Shown in pieces: positions 1-13,509 of a DNA stretch of 64,000 bases. The stretch's first letter is position 1. Each line of letters opens with the position of its first letter. The notes under the pieces are model-generated. The model was not told the origin of the DNA. It saw only the letters and a program-made list of their open reading frames with translations, and did no database searches. Source of the stretch: Malacoraja senta (taxonomy: Eukaryota); NCBI GenBank assembly GCA_038087875.1, contig CM075990.1, positions 12,836,001 to 12,900,000 on the forward strand, read 5' to 3'. The translations under genes and the position numbers were made by a program.

Positions 1-1114
1 AGATGGCAAGCTGGGGTACTCATGCATCACTTAAATGAGACCCACACCACCCTGGCCACGCACTCATATATATAAGAAAGTCAAGAGTGTTTTATTGTCA
101 TATGTCCCAGATAGAACAATGAAATTCTTACTTGCAGCAGCACAACAGAATATGGTAAACATAGTACACTGTGAACAATATCATAAACGAGAGAAAAAGG
201 AAAAGTTCAGTCTGTGTATAGATACACATACTCACAAATACACATATATATATATAGATCATATATATATATATATATACAGTGCGTTATGTTTTAAATT
301 TCTGTTGTGCTGCTCAAATAAGAATTCTATCGTTCTATCTGGGGACACATGACAATAAAACACTCTTGACTCTTGAAAACACCACTCAGGATAAAGGCCA
401 GGGGTGATGCTGCTCCAAGACCACATTGCTATCCAGGACAGGGAATTCTGACCATTTCTGGCACTGGACAAGATAGTGAACTTTGGGTTGAAATGAGGCA
501 GGAAAATCACTATCAAATGCCTGATGTGCTTGGCCCATGAAGCCTTATATTACTGGGCTGTTCAATACATTTGGTTATCAATCTTTTCACTACCAAACGA
601 TATCAGCCATGATCACATTGAATGGCGGTGCTGGCTTGAAGGGCCGAAGGGCCTACTCCTGCACCTATTGTCTATTGTCCCAAAGTAAAGAATATTTTCT
701 CAAGTCTATACACTGTGACGATGTAGGAAACCGTATCTGGTTTGCATAAACGAAGCTTCCACAAAAGTTATGAGGTGATTTTTCAGTGACTTTGTGTTGA
801 GGAAATGATATTGGCCCTGGACATGGGTAGAACTACTGTATTGTTTTTCCAAATAATACTTTGGGATCGTTTGTGTCTAACTGTGAGGGTTAGTGGGACC
901 ATAGTTTACATCTTAATTGAAAGATAGTTGCAGCACTCCCTCTTCACTGGAAGTCTAAGCCTAGATTCCCCGAATGCTTCAATTCATGCCTCTTCAGCTC
1001 AGAAGTCAAAGTAATAACCTTTTTGTTATACTTAACCAACTAAAATAAAGCTGTATTAACTGTAATTTGTTCTTTAGGCGGGAACAGGTTATATTAAGTA
1101 ACTGAAAACTGTAA

Positions 1115-1297
1115 AGGTCCTGTCCCACTTGGGTGTCATTTGCGCGTCACGCAGATGGCGCACGAAGATTTTGTACATTCCAAACTCCTGGGGCGCCGCA
1201 CGTGACCGCACGTCATTGGCTACGTCACCACGCACCATGCGCGCGTCACGACGCGTAAATTATGTCGCGTAAATGACGCCCAAGTGGGGCAGGCCCT
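1115..1297. mobile_element. PIF/Harbinger-type MITE (183 bp)
   Basis: TIRs AGGTCCTGTCCCACTTGGG / CCCAAGTGGGGCAGGCCCT with TAA on both flanks. Confidence 0.8.
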
Positions 1298-2499
1298 TAA
1301 CTGTCCAGGTTCAGGAACAGCTTCTTTCCTACTGCCATTAATTAAAAAGATGAATTGTCAATACACTGCTGCAAGTGCAGCCAAGAAATAAATAAATCAT
1401 AAGAGCTTCCCAGTTCGATGAGTTTGAGGGGAGGCAGGTTGGGCAGGGTTTGGGTGGGAGTGTATCTGTTAAAACTGTCCACTGCTGCTGATGTTAAAAT
1501 GAGTGTGACCAATTACGCCCCAGGTCATTCCCTCCTGTCCCCTCCCCCATCGGACAGCAGATACAAAAACTTGAAAGTACCAGATTCAGGGACGACTTCT
1601 TTCCCATTGTGCCGCTCTAGATACAAGAAAGATGTGGAGGTTGAGAGAGGGTGCTGAAGAGGTTTATCAGAATGTTGCCTGGATTAGAGGCTATTGGCTA
1701 TAAGGAGAGGCTGGACAGAATTGGATTGTAGCGTCGGAGGTTGAGGGAAGTATCTAAAATTACAAGAGGCTTAGGGTAGACATCAGAACCTTTTCCCCAA
1801 AATGGAAATGTCAAAGCCTAGAAGGAAGGCATCTAGGTGAGAGTGGCAAAGCCAAGGAGATGTGCAGGACAAGTTTTTTTTACAGGGTCCCTGAAAATCA
1901 CTACCAAGGGTGATGGAGTCAGATATAATGGTGACATTTAAGAGGCGTTTGGACAGGCACATCATGTTCAGCATGGATATTGTAGGCCAAAGGGCCTTTT
2001 ACTATGCTGTACTGTTTTATGTTTTATTTGCGATCGGACTATTTAATGGACCTCTCTTAAGCTAGAAATGTAGTCCTGATCTTCCAACCTACACCGTTAT
2101 GGTCCTTGCACTTTATTTTAATCTGCACTTCCTCTGCAGCTATTACGCTGTATTCTGCACTCTGATTAGTTTTCTCAATGCACATCATGCATTTGATACT
2201 AACTTTCCCGGCCTTATTTCAATCCAAAGTTCACATTCTCGTCCAGTGCGTGGCTTAATTACATACATGCAAGGTATGATTTGACAGAATAGAATGCAGA
2301 ACAAAGTTTTTCACTGTATCTTGGTACGTGTGACAATAATAAACCAATGCCAATAAAACTTGCCTTCCAACTCCCTGAGCTTTTCTCCTGTGCCTCACAG
2401 TGTCATCAAAACTCATTGATTAGACTACACTCTCAAGATGTTCATTATTCTGTATTTTGGACACAATCTACACTTGGATTTGGACACTGAGTAGGCCCA

Positions 2500-3240
2500 G
2501 ATACAAGATACAAGATACATTTATTTGTCACATGTGCCAGTTGGCACAGTGAAATGTGTGGTCACCATACAGCCATACAATAAAAATAAAGAACACAACA
2601 CACGACAGAGTTCAACATAAAACATCCCCACACAGCAGAATCAAAGTTTCCCACTGTGAGGGAAGGCACCAAAGTCAGTCCTCTTCCCTCTAATGTTTCC
2701 CAATGTTCACCCGTGGTCGGGGCCTCCCCGAGCCCACCGCAGTCGCCGCTACGGGCGGCCCGATTTTCAGGCCCGCTCGCCGGGGTGATGTAAGTCCGAC
2801 GTCGGGGCTGGGGTCCTCAGCAGCCTGGACATCAGAGTCGGCCACCTCCTACCGGAGTCCGCGGCTCCCAAAGTCCGCAGGCCATGCTGGGCGGAGATTC
2901 AACGCTGGCGGCCCTCGGTAAAGGGCCCCAGGACTCCGCGATGTTGTTCAGCACTGGCCGCGCTGGAAGCTCTCCCAAACCGCAGCTCCACGATGTTGGA
3001 GCAGCGGCCCAACGCTCCGGAGCTCCAAACAGCGATCCAGGTCGGCATCGCCCGCTCCGCGGTGAATTCAGCGCTGCGCCGCCGCTGTTGCAGCTCTGGT
3101 CCTGTTCCCGGTCCCCGGCAGGAAAGGCCGCTCCGATCCAGGTGGTAGGCCGCGAGGAGGGGGGCGAGGACGCGACTTGGAGAAATAGTCGCGTCCCCGC
3201 CAGGAAGCGACTGGGAAACAGTTTCCCCTTACCCTACCCC
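2500..3240 (-). repeat. GC/CpG-rich interspersed element with microsatellite tail
   Basis: Begins (GATACAA)n-ATTTATTTGTC on the plus strand, then about 550 bp very CpG-rich; architecture shared with the 18541 and 50657 copies. Confidence 0.6.
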
Positions 3241-3269
3241 AGAGCAACTCTAGACACAAGAGCTCGTAC

Positions 3270-3396
3270 CTTCATTGAGGGAGAAACAACTGTTGCACTT
3301 CCAGTGCCTCTGATCAGTGAAGGTGACGAATGGGTTGATGTAGGTCTGACATGATGGACATCGAGGAGGTGCATCAGGAATCAGCAATGGGGGCTT
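3270..3396 (-). CDS. SEC24A/B-like COPII coat subunit, zinc-finger exon (last exon found in the window; gene continues off the left edge)
   Basis: ttttccag acceptor and G|gtacg donor; 127 bp; translates KPPLLIPDAPPRCPSCQTYINPFVTFTDQRHWKCNSCFSLNE, the Sec23/24 zinc finger in its SEC24A/B form (RCxSCxTYINPFVxFxDQRxWKCNxC), not the SEC24C/D form. Confidence 0.92.
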
Positions 3397-4694
3397 CTGG
3401 AAAACCAGCAAAGAAGAATGACGGCACAATGTTGTTTCAGCATTTCTCATGAAAATAATTGTGGAATTCTACAGATTCACCACCCTCTGACTTTAAGAAA
3501 TTCCTCCTCATCTCCTTTCCGAGTTATCGTAGGCTTGAGGGACCTAATGGCCTCCTCCTACGCCTATTAGAAAATTGACATCGCAGGTGAGGGACGGAGA
3601 GGCTGCTGGATATTGGGATATGATGTGTCAACACCTGAAACTGCACATCATTGTTGAGGCCTCACCAATAAACAAGGGGGCGCAGCTCTGAGATGGATGA
3701 TCTCACAACCATCCAAGATTAACCAGACCATTGGTTCATTGTCAGCTCCCTGGTGGAAAGTTGGATGGAAATGAACCCATGAAGTAAAACTGAGAAAGAC
3801 CTTCCAATCTCCAGTAAAGACACACATCAGCACATGAGTCCCTTGGCTTTTGCAAAGTGCATTTATACAGTGGAATAATCCAACAGTCACATCAACAGTG
3901 CATTGCATGTACAGTGATATCACTGCCTCTGTAACATGTGCAAGGGTTATTGCATACGTGATTCAATAACGTTGATGGGCTTTCTGCATGTAAGAATATT
4001 CTTTAAAGCAGCACTAAATGAATGACTAACACTGGTTTTCTGTGAGGCCACAAGGAAACACCAGGCAGAGAATCGAGGACAAGGAGACATGGTCTCAGGA
4101 CAAAGAGATGCCTATTTACGACTGAAATGAGAAGGAATGGTTTTTCTGATGGTTGTGAACCTTTGTAATTCCCTACCATAGAGAGCTGAGGAGTCATTAA
4201 GTATTGAAGATACTCCGGTATTGAAGATATTCCGGTGGACTCCGGTTATCAAGAGTTATGGGAATCAGACATTATGCCAATGGGTACGATCCACTCATGG
4301 AATCGTCAATCCCCGTTGGTGATAACTGGCATTCTGATAACATTCTGTTTCTTGGTTCATCAGAAAATGTTCAATACTATGTGAAAGAATGTGTTGTCTG
4401 GTAATTATAAAGCATCACATTTGATTCAAAATTGGGAGGGTGAACTTATAAAGATGGTTGAGATTCCATCAGGGACAAGTTATTTCTTAAGCTGAAGTTA
4501 CAGGAAGATTCTTGAACAGCTTAGAAAAGTGTACTTTTGCTGTGCAAGACTGATCTAACTGAAAGATACTGTGGAAGCAAAAAGAAATGCAAAACACTTG
4601 TAGCAGTAGCAACTGTTGTACTGCAAGATAGCAAGCTCTGACACATGAAGCAGCTTGTGGCTGCTGTGAAAAATCACTGCTTGTGCCTTATTAA

Positions 4695-4990
4695 AGCCCC
4701 TGTCCCACGATGCGAGTTTACCCAAGAGCTCTCCCGAGTTTAAAAAAATCAAACTCATGGTACTTCATCACGAGTATTTTTTTACTCTTTGGAAATTTTT
4801 CACACTGTTGAAAAAACTTCACGAGTTTCCGCGTTTCCCGAGTACCTGCCATTTGCATTACGAGCCGCTACGAGATATCCACGAGCTCCGACGTACCCGC
4901 TACGTACATTCTACATACTTACCACGAGTTAGATTTTTTTTTTAAACTCGGGAGAGCTCTTGGGTAAACTCGCATCGTGGGACAGGGCCT
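4695..4990. mobile_element. PIF/Harbinger-type MITE with long (about 75 bp) TIRs
   Basis: AGCCCCTGTCCCACGATGCGAGTTTACCCAAGAGCTCTCCCGAGTTTAAAAAAA and its reverse complement at the other end; TAA on both flanks. Confidence 0.85.
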
Positions 4991-5244
4991 TAAATCTTGC
5001 GCTAACTGCACTGGCAGTGTATCTGAGCTGCAGTGCCACGAACAATTCTGGTCAGTTCACCCCCCACCCCCCCCCCCCCCCCTCAGGTCTGTTCCTCCAT
5101 TTTGTTAGGTTGCAGAAGATGTGCACCTCAAGCCCAATTCTCTTCCCGAACAAAAACCTATCTCAGACTTGCCTGGGTCACATAAAATGATTTAAAAAAT
5201 ACATGTAATCCAAGGGAATCTTCATCTCACCCAATTCTACTTAC

Positions 5245-5347
5245 CCTGGAATCCTTGAACGGTTGGCAAATAAGCCCCAGAGGAAGTTTCACCTGTTTCA
5301 GCAGGGCCTGACTCTGTGGGATGTTCACCAGCGTACACTGAATGGCA
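5245..5347 (-). CDS. SEC24A/B-like exon preceding the zinc finger
   Basis: ctctctag acceptor and AGG|gtaagt donor; 103 bp, phase 2 to 0; (D)AIQCTLVNIPQSQALLKQVKLPLGLICQPFKDSR resembles SEC24A LFRCTLTSIPQTQALLNKAKLPLGLLLHPFKDL; joins both neighbouring exons in frame. Confidence 0.92.
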
Positions 5348-5681
5348 CTAGAGAGACAAGAACAAACACAACATGATTATAGCAGCAGTTCTTTTTACCC
5401 CCCCCCCCCCCCCCAGGTTCAATGTGGACAGAGAGCAGTTACATTCTGCAGATAACAAAAGCAACTTTCATTTACAGAGCTCATTTAATTTAGCAGCAGA
5501 ATCTCAATGCATGTATTAAATAAAAAACTGACCCATACAATCAGAGATAACCAAATGCTGGGCAGAGAGGTGGATTTTGAGGAGCATCTTAAAGAAGACG
5601 AGGCAAAGAGGTGAGAGGATTAAAGGAGGAAATTCCATGCATAAGACATTGGCAGCCAGTGATCCAGTGATGCAACAATTA

Positions 5682-5990
5682 GGGCAGCACGGTGGCGCAG
5701 CGGTAGAGTCACTGCCCTGCAGCACCAGAGACCCAGATTCAATCCTGGTTCGATCCTGGCTACGGGTACTAGTCTGTATAATTTGTTCGTTCTCCCCCGT
5801 GACCTGCGTGGGTTTTCTCCAGGATCTCCGGTTTCCTCCCACACTCCAAAGATGTACAGATTTGTAGGTTAATTGGCTTGGTATAATTGTAAATTGTCCC
5901 TAGTGTGTGTGTGTGGGATAGTGTAAGTATGTGGGGCGGACTCGGTGGGCCGAAGTGCCTGTTTCTGCGCTGTATCTCTAAACTAAACTA
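5682..5990 (+). mobile_element. tRNA-derived V-SINE (HE1-like)
   Basis: A box GGTGGCGCAGCGGT, B box GGTTCGATCC, V-domain CTCCGGTTTCCTCCCACACTCCAAAGA, (CTAAA)n tail. Confidence 0.85.
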
Positions 5991-6818
5991 CAATTATAAG
6001 CATAGATAACTCTATGTCATCCAGCTTGTTTTACCATTTGCACTGCAACCATTTACCAGTTAGCTAGAAGACGTGGATGCCAAATGTAGTCCCACAGTCA
6101 AAAGCTGTAAGTCTCAATGGCCATAAAATAGGTAACAATTGAGGGGGCCTTCCCCGCTATTTTCCGTTTGCTTAGCATGACTAGGTGAGGGAAACAAAAC
6201 TGGAAACCATATTCTGAGAGCAGTAAAGGAAGCCCACGCTCTTCATGCAAAGGGACAGCAAACTGAGGTACCATCAGTCCTTTCAAAATACAGGTAGGTG
6301 TAGAGGCAGGTGGAGGTATGCAAGGGGTTCTGTTATAGAAAACCGCGTTATATAAACAAATATCTTAATGGGGGAAAGTAGGTTAGAGGCTAGAGGGTTT
6401 CAGACTCACGATTACAGAGTTATTTTTCCCGTGGGATTTTCAAAACTTTTCAATAGCAATAAACTTACCACGGGTGTCAGGGGTTATGGGGAGAAGGCAG
6501 GTGAATGGGGTTAGGAGGGAGAGATAGATCAGCCATGATTGAATGGCGGAGTAGGCTTGATGGGCCGAATTCTGCTCCTATCACTTATGAACTTATGAAC
6601 TGTATGTAGACATAAAAAAGACACTAAGTATTTGTGTCCCCCAAAGTCATTAAGTATTTTTTTAAAGAGAAAGGGGGCTAATGCAGTATCAAAACCTCAA
6701 GAAAAGAACTTTCCACTGTAAAGTGAATGTGTTATCTTGAGTGTGAAAGTTGGTTCAAAAATGCGACTCTATCTTTCCACAGACATTTCTGCCTGTGCAA
6801 ATGGTATGCGTTTCTTAC

Positions 6819-6991
6819 TCAGAGCTGCAGTTCAGCTTCTGCAAGCTAGGGGTCAGGTTTGGCTCAGGCGCTGAGGCTGGTTCTGCTCGTGGGACATCCT
6901 GGTGCTCCAGCAGGTTGATTGGACGCACCTCGGCTTGCGGCCGATTCACGTTAGCCGTTGTCCCCATCAGCTGCTCCATGGGGTGCGTATC
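6819..6991 (-). CDS. SEC24A/B-like exon at the end of the N-terminal region
   Basis: cagcag acceptor and GA|gtaag donor; DTHPMEQLMGTTANVNRPQAEVRPINLLEHQDVPRAEPASAPEPNLTPSLQKLNCSS resembles SEC24A/B LRxVNLxQE...PVPNL...QKLNC; phase 2 end matches the next exon. Confidence 0.85.
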
Positions 6992-8198
6992 CTGCTGGGA
7001 TTAACAAAGTCATTTTATAGAACGCAATAAGATGAAACATGTAGGAAGGAACTGCAGATGCTGGTTTACACCGAAGACACAAAATGCTGGAGTGAACTCA
7101 GCGGGACAGGCAGCATCTCTGGAGAAAAGGACTAGGTGATGTTTCGGGGCAAGACCCTTCTTTAGACTGAGAGTCAGGGGAGAGGGAAACTAGAGGTGTG
7201 GAAAGGCTCAGAACAAGTCAGAACTGGCACCGATGACCAAGGAAAGGTGGAGCCCACAATGGTCCATGGAGTGGTCTAACACCTCTTGACTGTGGAGGGG
7301 ATATATGGATGCAAACAGTGGAACAGGCAAGATGACTAGGGTGGGGGAGGGATGGTAAGAGAGAGGGAGTGCAGAGATTACTTGAAATTAGAGAAACATC
7401 TGGGAAGTAAACTGTCTACAATAAGAAGAAATATGGGAATCATTTGCTTTTAATCATTAACATAGAAACATAGAAAATAGTTGCAGGAGGAGGCCATTTG
7501 GCCCTTCGAGCCAGCACCACCATTCATTGTGATCATGGCTGATCGTCCCCAATCAATAACCCGTGCCTGCCTTCTCCCCATATCCCTTGACTCCACTAGC
7601 CCCTAGAGCTCAATCTAACTCTCTCTTAAATCCATCCAGTGATTTGGCCTCCACTGCCCTCTGTGGCAGGGAATTCCACAAATTCACAACTCTCTGGGTG
7701 AAAAAGTTTTTTCTCACCTCAGTCTTAAATGGCCTCCCCTTTATTCTATGAATAAATTGTTTTGATTAGGTATTGTCAGGATTTGGGTGGAATTAGGCAA
7801 GACCCATTCTTATTTGCCCATTGTCAAGTGCAGTTACCTCCTGGAACAGAAAGGAAAGCTTTGTATTTCCAAGGAGTTTCATGCACATTTTAGAACAATT
7901 TGAAGCACTCTGCAGTCAGTGAAGTACCTTTGAAATCGCATATATAAGTAGAAAATGCAGCAGACATTTTGATAACAACTTCTCACAAACAGCAATGCTT
8001 AAATAACCTAATATATTATTTTAGTTAGAAATGTTGATTGAGGGACGGATATTGGTCACAGCATCGGGGGAGTCCCCCTTGTTAGAACTAGTGCCATGAG
8101 ATCTTTTACATTCGTTGAGAGCCCCAGTTAACATCTCATGTGAAAGTGCACAAAGTCCCCCGTTGCCCTCATCTTCTCTTCAGCAGTGCTGAACTACT

Positions 8199-8536
8199 GG
8201 GGCGGCACGATGGCGCAGCGGTAGAGTTGCTACCTTACAGTGCTTACAGCACCAGAGACCTGGGTTCGATCCTGACTACGGGTGCTGTCTGTATGGAGTT
8301 TGTACGTTCTCTCCGTGATCTGCGCGGGTTTTCTCCGAGATCTTTGGTTTCCTCCCACACTCCAAAGACGTGCAGGTTTGTAGGCGAATTGGTTTGGTAT
8401 GAATGTAAAATTGTAAAATTGTCCATAGTGTGTTGGATACTGTTAAAGTGAGGGGATCGCTGGCCGGCACAGACTCTGTGGGCCGAAGGGCCTGTTTCTG
8501 CGTTGTATTTCTAAACTAAGCTAAACTAAACTAAAC
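8199..8536 (+). mobile_element. tRNA-derived V-SINE (HE1-like)
   Basis: Same A/B boxes, V-domain and (CTAAA)n tail. Confidence 0.85.
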
Positions 8537-9522
8537 TACTATATCTCATTAGTGACCCTCAGACTATCCTTGATCGGACTTTGCTGGCTTTATCTTGTAC
8601 CAAACTCTGTACAAGTTTTTGGAGAGTATGAACGGGAGAGAGGTCTGACCATGAAGCTCTCCCAACGTGTCACATTCAATCTCAACTAAGGCAGCAGTTA
8701 GGGCCCTATAATTATTCATAAATAGCTTGGAGAAGATAAGAAAAACAACCGTTCAGAGTTGACTACCACAAAAAAATGAGCTAAGTTGAGACTGCCTCTG
8801 TGATCGTCACACTGATTGGATGGAGAGGGAAGTGGAGGGGCTCATCTACAAAGAATATTATTTGACCCCTCTGGCACATCAGTGGTGTTAGGTGGGAGGA
8901 AAGGAAGATGGAAATAGAGATATGTTTCTTTGATGTTCGGCATCACGCCCACACCCTCCATCATCAATGCACAATGCTGAACTGTGCACTGGCAGGTTCA
9001 ATGCAGATGAATTAATGAAAGGCCATCAGCCGGAAATGTCACTAGATGGTGTCAGACCGACTGAGCATTTCTTGTTTTCTATTATTATTATTTCAGATTT
9101 CCCCCACCCACTGTTTTATTTGCAGCACTGGAATGGTGGCGCAGCAGGTAACACTGCTGCTCACAGCTCCAGGCACCAGGTTTGAGCCCGACCTCAGGTG
9201 CTATCTGTGTGGAGTTTGCATGTTCTCCCATGGCCACTGGATGCTCAGTTCCCTTCCACATCCTAAAGAAAGGCTGGTAGGTTATTTGACTCCAGTAAGT
9301 GATGCCTTTAATGTGGCTGTGCCCAAACAATCAAAGGGGAGTAAAGAGGGGGGGGGACTGATGTTATTGTTCTATTGAGCCAGCAAAGACTAGATGGGCT
9401 AAATGGCCACCTCCTCCATTACAGTAAGAAGTTTATTTTGTTTGTGTACCACCCACAGAGTGAACTTCAGCAACTCATCAAGGTCTCTTCTCCAGTATCT
9501 CTTCTCAGTGCAACCCTCTCTA

Positions 9523-9808
9523 CTTTAGAGATACAGCGTGGAAATAGGCCCTTTAGCCCACCGGGTCCACGTCGACCAGCAATCACCCCGTACACTAGGA
9601 CTATCCTACACACTAGGAACAATTTACAATTTTACCAAATCCAATTAACCTACAAATCTTTGAAGTGTGGGAGGAAACCGGAGCACCCGGAGAAAACCCA
9701 CTTAGTCACAGGGAGAACGCACATACTCCGTACTGACAGCACCCGTAGTCAGGATCAATCCAGGGTATCTGGCGTTGTAAGGCAGCAACTCTACTGCTGT
9801 GCCACCCT
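9523..9808 (-). mobile_element. V-SINE (HE1-like)
   Basis: Reverse-complement copy of the same SINE. Confidence 0.8.
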
Positions 9809-9853
9809 GTACTTCTCTGGGGCAGATCTGAGGGATATTTGGACATGATGTAC

Positions 9854-9960
9854 CTGAGTTGCTGATGTGCCCAAACCCGTTGTCCAGAGTGACTTGTTAT
9901 GCACACTTTGTCCTGGGTGGGTGTGTGACTGGAATCCAATGGCCCCATTAGAATGCTGAG
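9854..9960 (-). CDS. probable upstream exon of the SEC24A/B-like gene (low-complexity N-terminus)
   Basis: Strong gtgttttcctttcag acceptor and CAG|gtacat donor; 107 bp open in phase 1 to 0 (xQHSNGAIGFQSHTHPGQSVHNKSLWTTGLGTSATQ), compatible with exon 6819-6991; no homology support. Confidence 0.55.
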
Positions 9961-10613
9961 CTGAAAGGAAAACACAAACAGGTTCAGCCCTCTCCCTGTG
10001 TGACATGGAACGTGTGCCATGAACAATTAGTCAGCCCAGTCTAAGCCACACGCACACGCACACGCACGTTACCCTGAATCAAGAACAAGGTGAGAATTTG
10101 CAGCAAATTCCAAAACATTATCAACTTTGGTGAAATATGCAAAAAGCAATTGATTGATTTTACAACGCTTGTGTTGTTTAATTAAATGCCAGTGAACATG
10201 GCCATGATTCAGACTTAGCATCTGTACGAGAATAAAATAAAGCAGAAACAGGTAGATGGATAGGCAAGGTTTAAAGGAAAGGTAGACACAAAATGCAGGA
10301 GTAACTCAGCGGGACAGGCAGCATCTCTGGAGAGAAGGAATGGGTGATGTTTCGGGTCGAGACCCTTCTTCAGACTGAAGATCAGTCTTTAAACCAGCAT
10401 CTTTGACAAACCAGCATCTGCAGTTCTTTCCTACACAAGGTTTAGAGGGATATGGGCCAAACGCAGGGAGGTAAGACTAGTATAGATGGGCCATCATGAT
10501 CAGAATGGATTAGTTGGAACGAAGGGCCTGTTTCCATAGTGAATGATATCAATGACACTAAAAAACAAGAACTGAGGCTCAGAAAAGTTGGAGCCAGGGG
10601 AAGTCAGGCAGTG

Positions 10614-10899
10614 AGACGGTGTCGCAACGGTAGAGTTGCTGTCTCACAGCGCCAGAGACCCAGGTTCGATCCTGACCATGGGTGCTGTCCGTATGGAGTT
10701 TGTACGTTCTCCCCGTGACCATGAGGGTTTTCTCTGGATACTCCCACATCCCAAAGACGTGCAGGTTTGTTGGTTAATTGGCTTTGGTAAAATTGTAATT
10801 TGTCCCTAATGTGTGGGCAGAACTAGTTTATGGGTGATCACTGGTCGGCACGCACCCGGGGAGGCGAAGGGCCTGTTTCCACGCTGTATCTCTAAACTA
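10614..10899 (+). mobile_element. V-SINE (HE1-like)
   Basis: Same head, body and tail. Confidence 0.8.
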
Positions 10900-12923
10900 A
10901 AAAGTTGGAGAGCAGAGAGCTGCCAGAGTGGGAGTAAGGAAGTGTCCAGGAGCAACCAGCTTGTCTGGAGGAAGGAGGTTATCTGGGAATAAGCTGACTG
11001 CCTGGAAATAGGTAGCCCTTCCCGGAGCAAGCAAAGAGCGGCCTGACTGAAAACTGAGACTGGGAAAGACTGACCATAGAGAGCCTGGCATTATGGTGAG
11101 AGCTGGAAGTCTGGGACTGACTGGGCAATTTAACAGGAATTAGCTGGTGTCTATAAAATCCTAGGTGCGTAGCAAAGCTCTCTGCAAGCCAAAGAATTAT
11201 TCTTTAAGTCTACTTTATTTCCAATGTGCAAAAAAAAAGTGATTGACGAACCACATTTGAGATGATTGCACAAAAAAACATGAGTAAAAGTCTGGGATTC
11301 TGAACAATCTATGGAGAAGTTAAAGGGAGACCTGATAGAAGTTTATAAAATTATGCGAAACATAGATCAGGTGGACAGTCAGAACGTTTTACCCAAGGTG
11401 GAAATTTCAAACAGTAGAGAACAGAGTTTTAAGGTGAGAGGGGCCAAGTTTAAAGGAGGTGTATGGGGCAAGTTATGTTTAATGTCAGGTGCCTGAAACA
11501 CACAGCCAAGGGTGGTGGTGGAAGCAGAAATGATGGTGGTGTTTAAGAGGACTTTAGATTAGCACATAGATATGCAGGGAATGGAGGGATATGTATCACA
11601 TGCAAGCAGAGGAGATTTGTTTAACTTAGCGTCATTATCGGCACAGACATTGTGAGCTGGAGGGCCTGGTGCTGTGCTGTGCTGTGCTCCATGTTCATTG
11701 TAACCTGCATCTCAATGGATGTGGCCACAATTTAACATGTCCTCCAAAAGGCGACACAGCACCCACTGCCCCACCAAGCACCCACCCCGCACCCTCTTCT
11801 CCCATCTCAGCACTGCTTTGAAGCACAAACCAAGGAGCCACGTTTTTAAAGTCATGTCTTTAGAATGGCTTTTTAACTCACTCCCATCCAACTAACTGAT
11901 CCACTGCTGGTGAATTATTTTGAAAGATGTCACTGCAGTTTTGCAAACAACCAAGTGAACTAATTAGATCTTGCAAACACGAAGGGAACAACTCATTTAT
12001 TTTGGTGGTTTTGGTTGTGGGACAGATGTAGCCCTGTTAAGGGGTCTCTTCTGCAAACAGCACAATTGGATCATTTTATGACCATCTGAACAGATTGGGA
12101 GAGGCTTATCTTCAAAAATGCAAGCCTCCCTGAACAACATACTCCGGGTTCCGTCACAGAACCGAGCCCAAGTTTGGTTCAGTTGATAACATACTTGCTA
12201 CTGAGTCAGAAACTAAAGTCCAAACAGCCAAATCAAACTTAACAAAGACCAACTTGTGTGGGGTGGAGCATGAGATAGAGATAGAGACGGAGAGAAATTA
12301 ATGGACGCTCATAGATATGTAAAAGTCAATTGACTTGTGCAATTGACTCATGCAAGATATCTTGATGCTTCCGATATCTATCAAAAACAAGTGATAATAT
12401 TATAAGTAGACAAAAGTGCTGGAGAAACTCAGCGGGTGCAGCAGCATCTATGGAGATAAGGAAATAGGCAACGTTTTGGGCCGAAACCCTTCTTCAGACT
12501 AATATTAACAATATTAAAACCTATTCTAACATAAGAGAGGACAAAGAGATGGAGCAAAAAAGTTAAACTGATTCAAATGCAGTATGCATCATTCTGCAGT
12601 AGATAGATCAAATGCTTCCAATCGCCTCCTGCCCACTCGCCAGTTGGTTTGTGCTATTTGATCATAGCTCTGATTTCATAGGCAAATGGCAAATGAAACA
12701 GACACTCCATCCTCAGACCAAACCATACAGATGGCTGAATTTTAATTTGCAGAGCAGAGCATCAATCATTCATATCAACAGCAGATTGTATCACTTTTCT
12801 CACTGCAATAATCTGCTCATTTGCCTCCTGTTGGCATAGCTACAAAAATAGTTCCATATGCAGCAACCAGCACAGATGAGTCTAGAGGCAGATGGGCCGT
12901 TGCCTGTACAAACCCTGAGTATA

Positions 12924-13214
12924 GTTTAGTTTAGAGATACAGCGCGGAAACGGGCCCTTCGGCCCACCGAGTCCACACCGGTAAGCCAACACACACTAGG
13001 GGCAATTTTTACACATACACCGCCAATTAACCTACAAACCTGTACGTCCTTGGAGTGTGGGAGGAAACCGAAGATCTCGGAGAAAACCCACTGGGTCACG
13101 GGGAGAAGGTACAAACTCCGTGCAGACAGCACCCGTAGTCGGGATCGAACCCGGGTCTCTGGCGCTGCAAGCGCTGTAAGGCAGCAACTCTACCGCTGCA
13201 CCACAGTGCCGCCC
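12924..13214 (-). mobile_element. V-SINE (HE1-like)
   Basis: Full-length reverse-complement copy. Confidence 0.85.
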
Positions 13215-13509
13215 TAAATCCATCTGAAGATGATCTGTCTGACTGACTGTGGCCCAGACTGTGGTTTCAACAAGGAGATTGCTCAAAAATAAATAACTTC
13301 TAGACAATTAAATAACCATATGTAGCATAGTTACTGAAGTAAAGGTTACAAATGCAGCAGCTATTTTGCACATAACATGCTTCTAATCACCTTGATCACC
13401 TACTTTTTTTTAGGCTGCATATAGTGACGTTATTCAGTCAGGAAAACAAGAAAACAGGCTGTTATAATTCACTGAATGCACTTCATTTGCTTCGGGATGC
13501 ATCGCAGCT

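Noticed and set aside
5682..5770. tRNA-like sequence with A and B boxes (also at other SINE heads)
   Set aside because: It is the head of a V-SINE and continues directly into the SINE body; not a tRNA gene
3270..6991. Calling the SEC24 gene SEC24C because human SEC24C is on the same chromosome arm as SAR1A
   Set aside because: The zinc-finger and flanking motifs (TYINPFV, DQRxWKCN, LPLGL..PFKD) are of the A/B subfamily
10072..10221. Possible extra SEC24-like exon (good acceptor, open for about 50 codons, GG|gtaacg donor)
   Set aside because: Its open frame ends in phase 2 and would hit a stop in exon 9854-9960; no homology
10897..11150. Pro/Ser-rich minus-strand stretch resembling a SEC24 N-terminal exon
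   Set aside because: Each frame from the nearest acceptor meets a stop and I found no convincing GT donor; cannot be supported without transcripts
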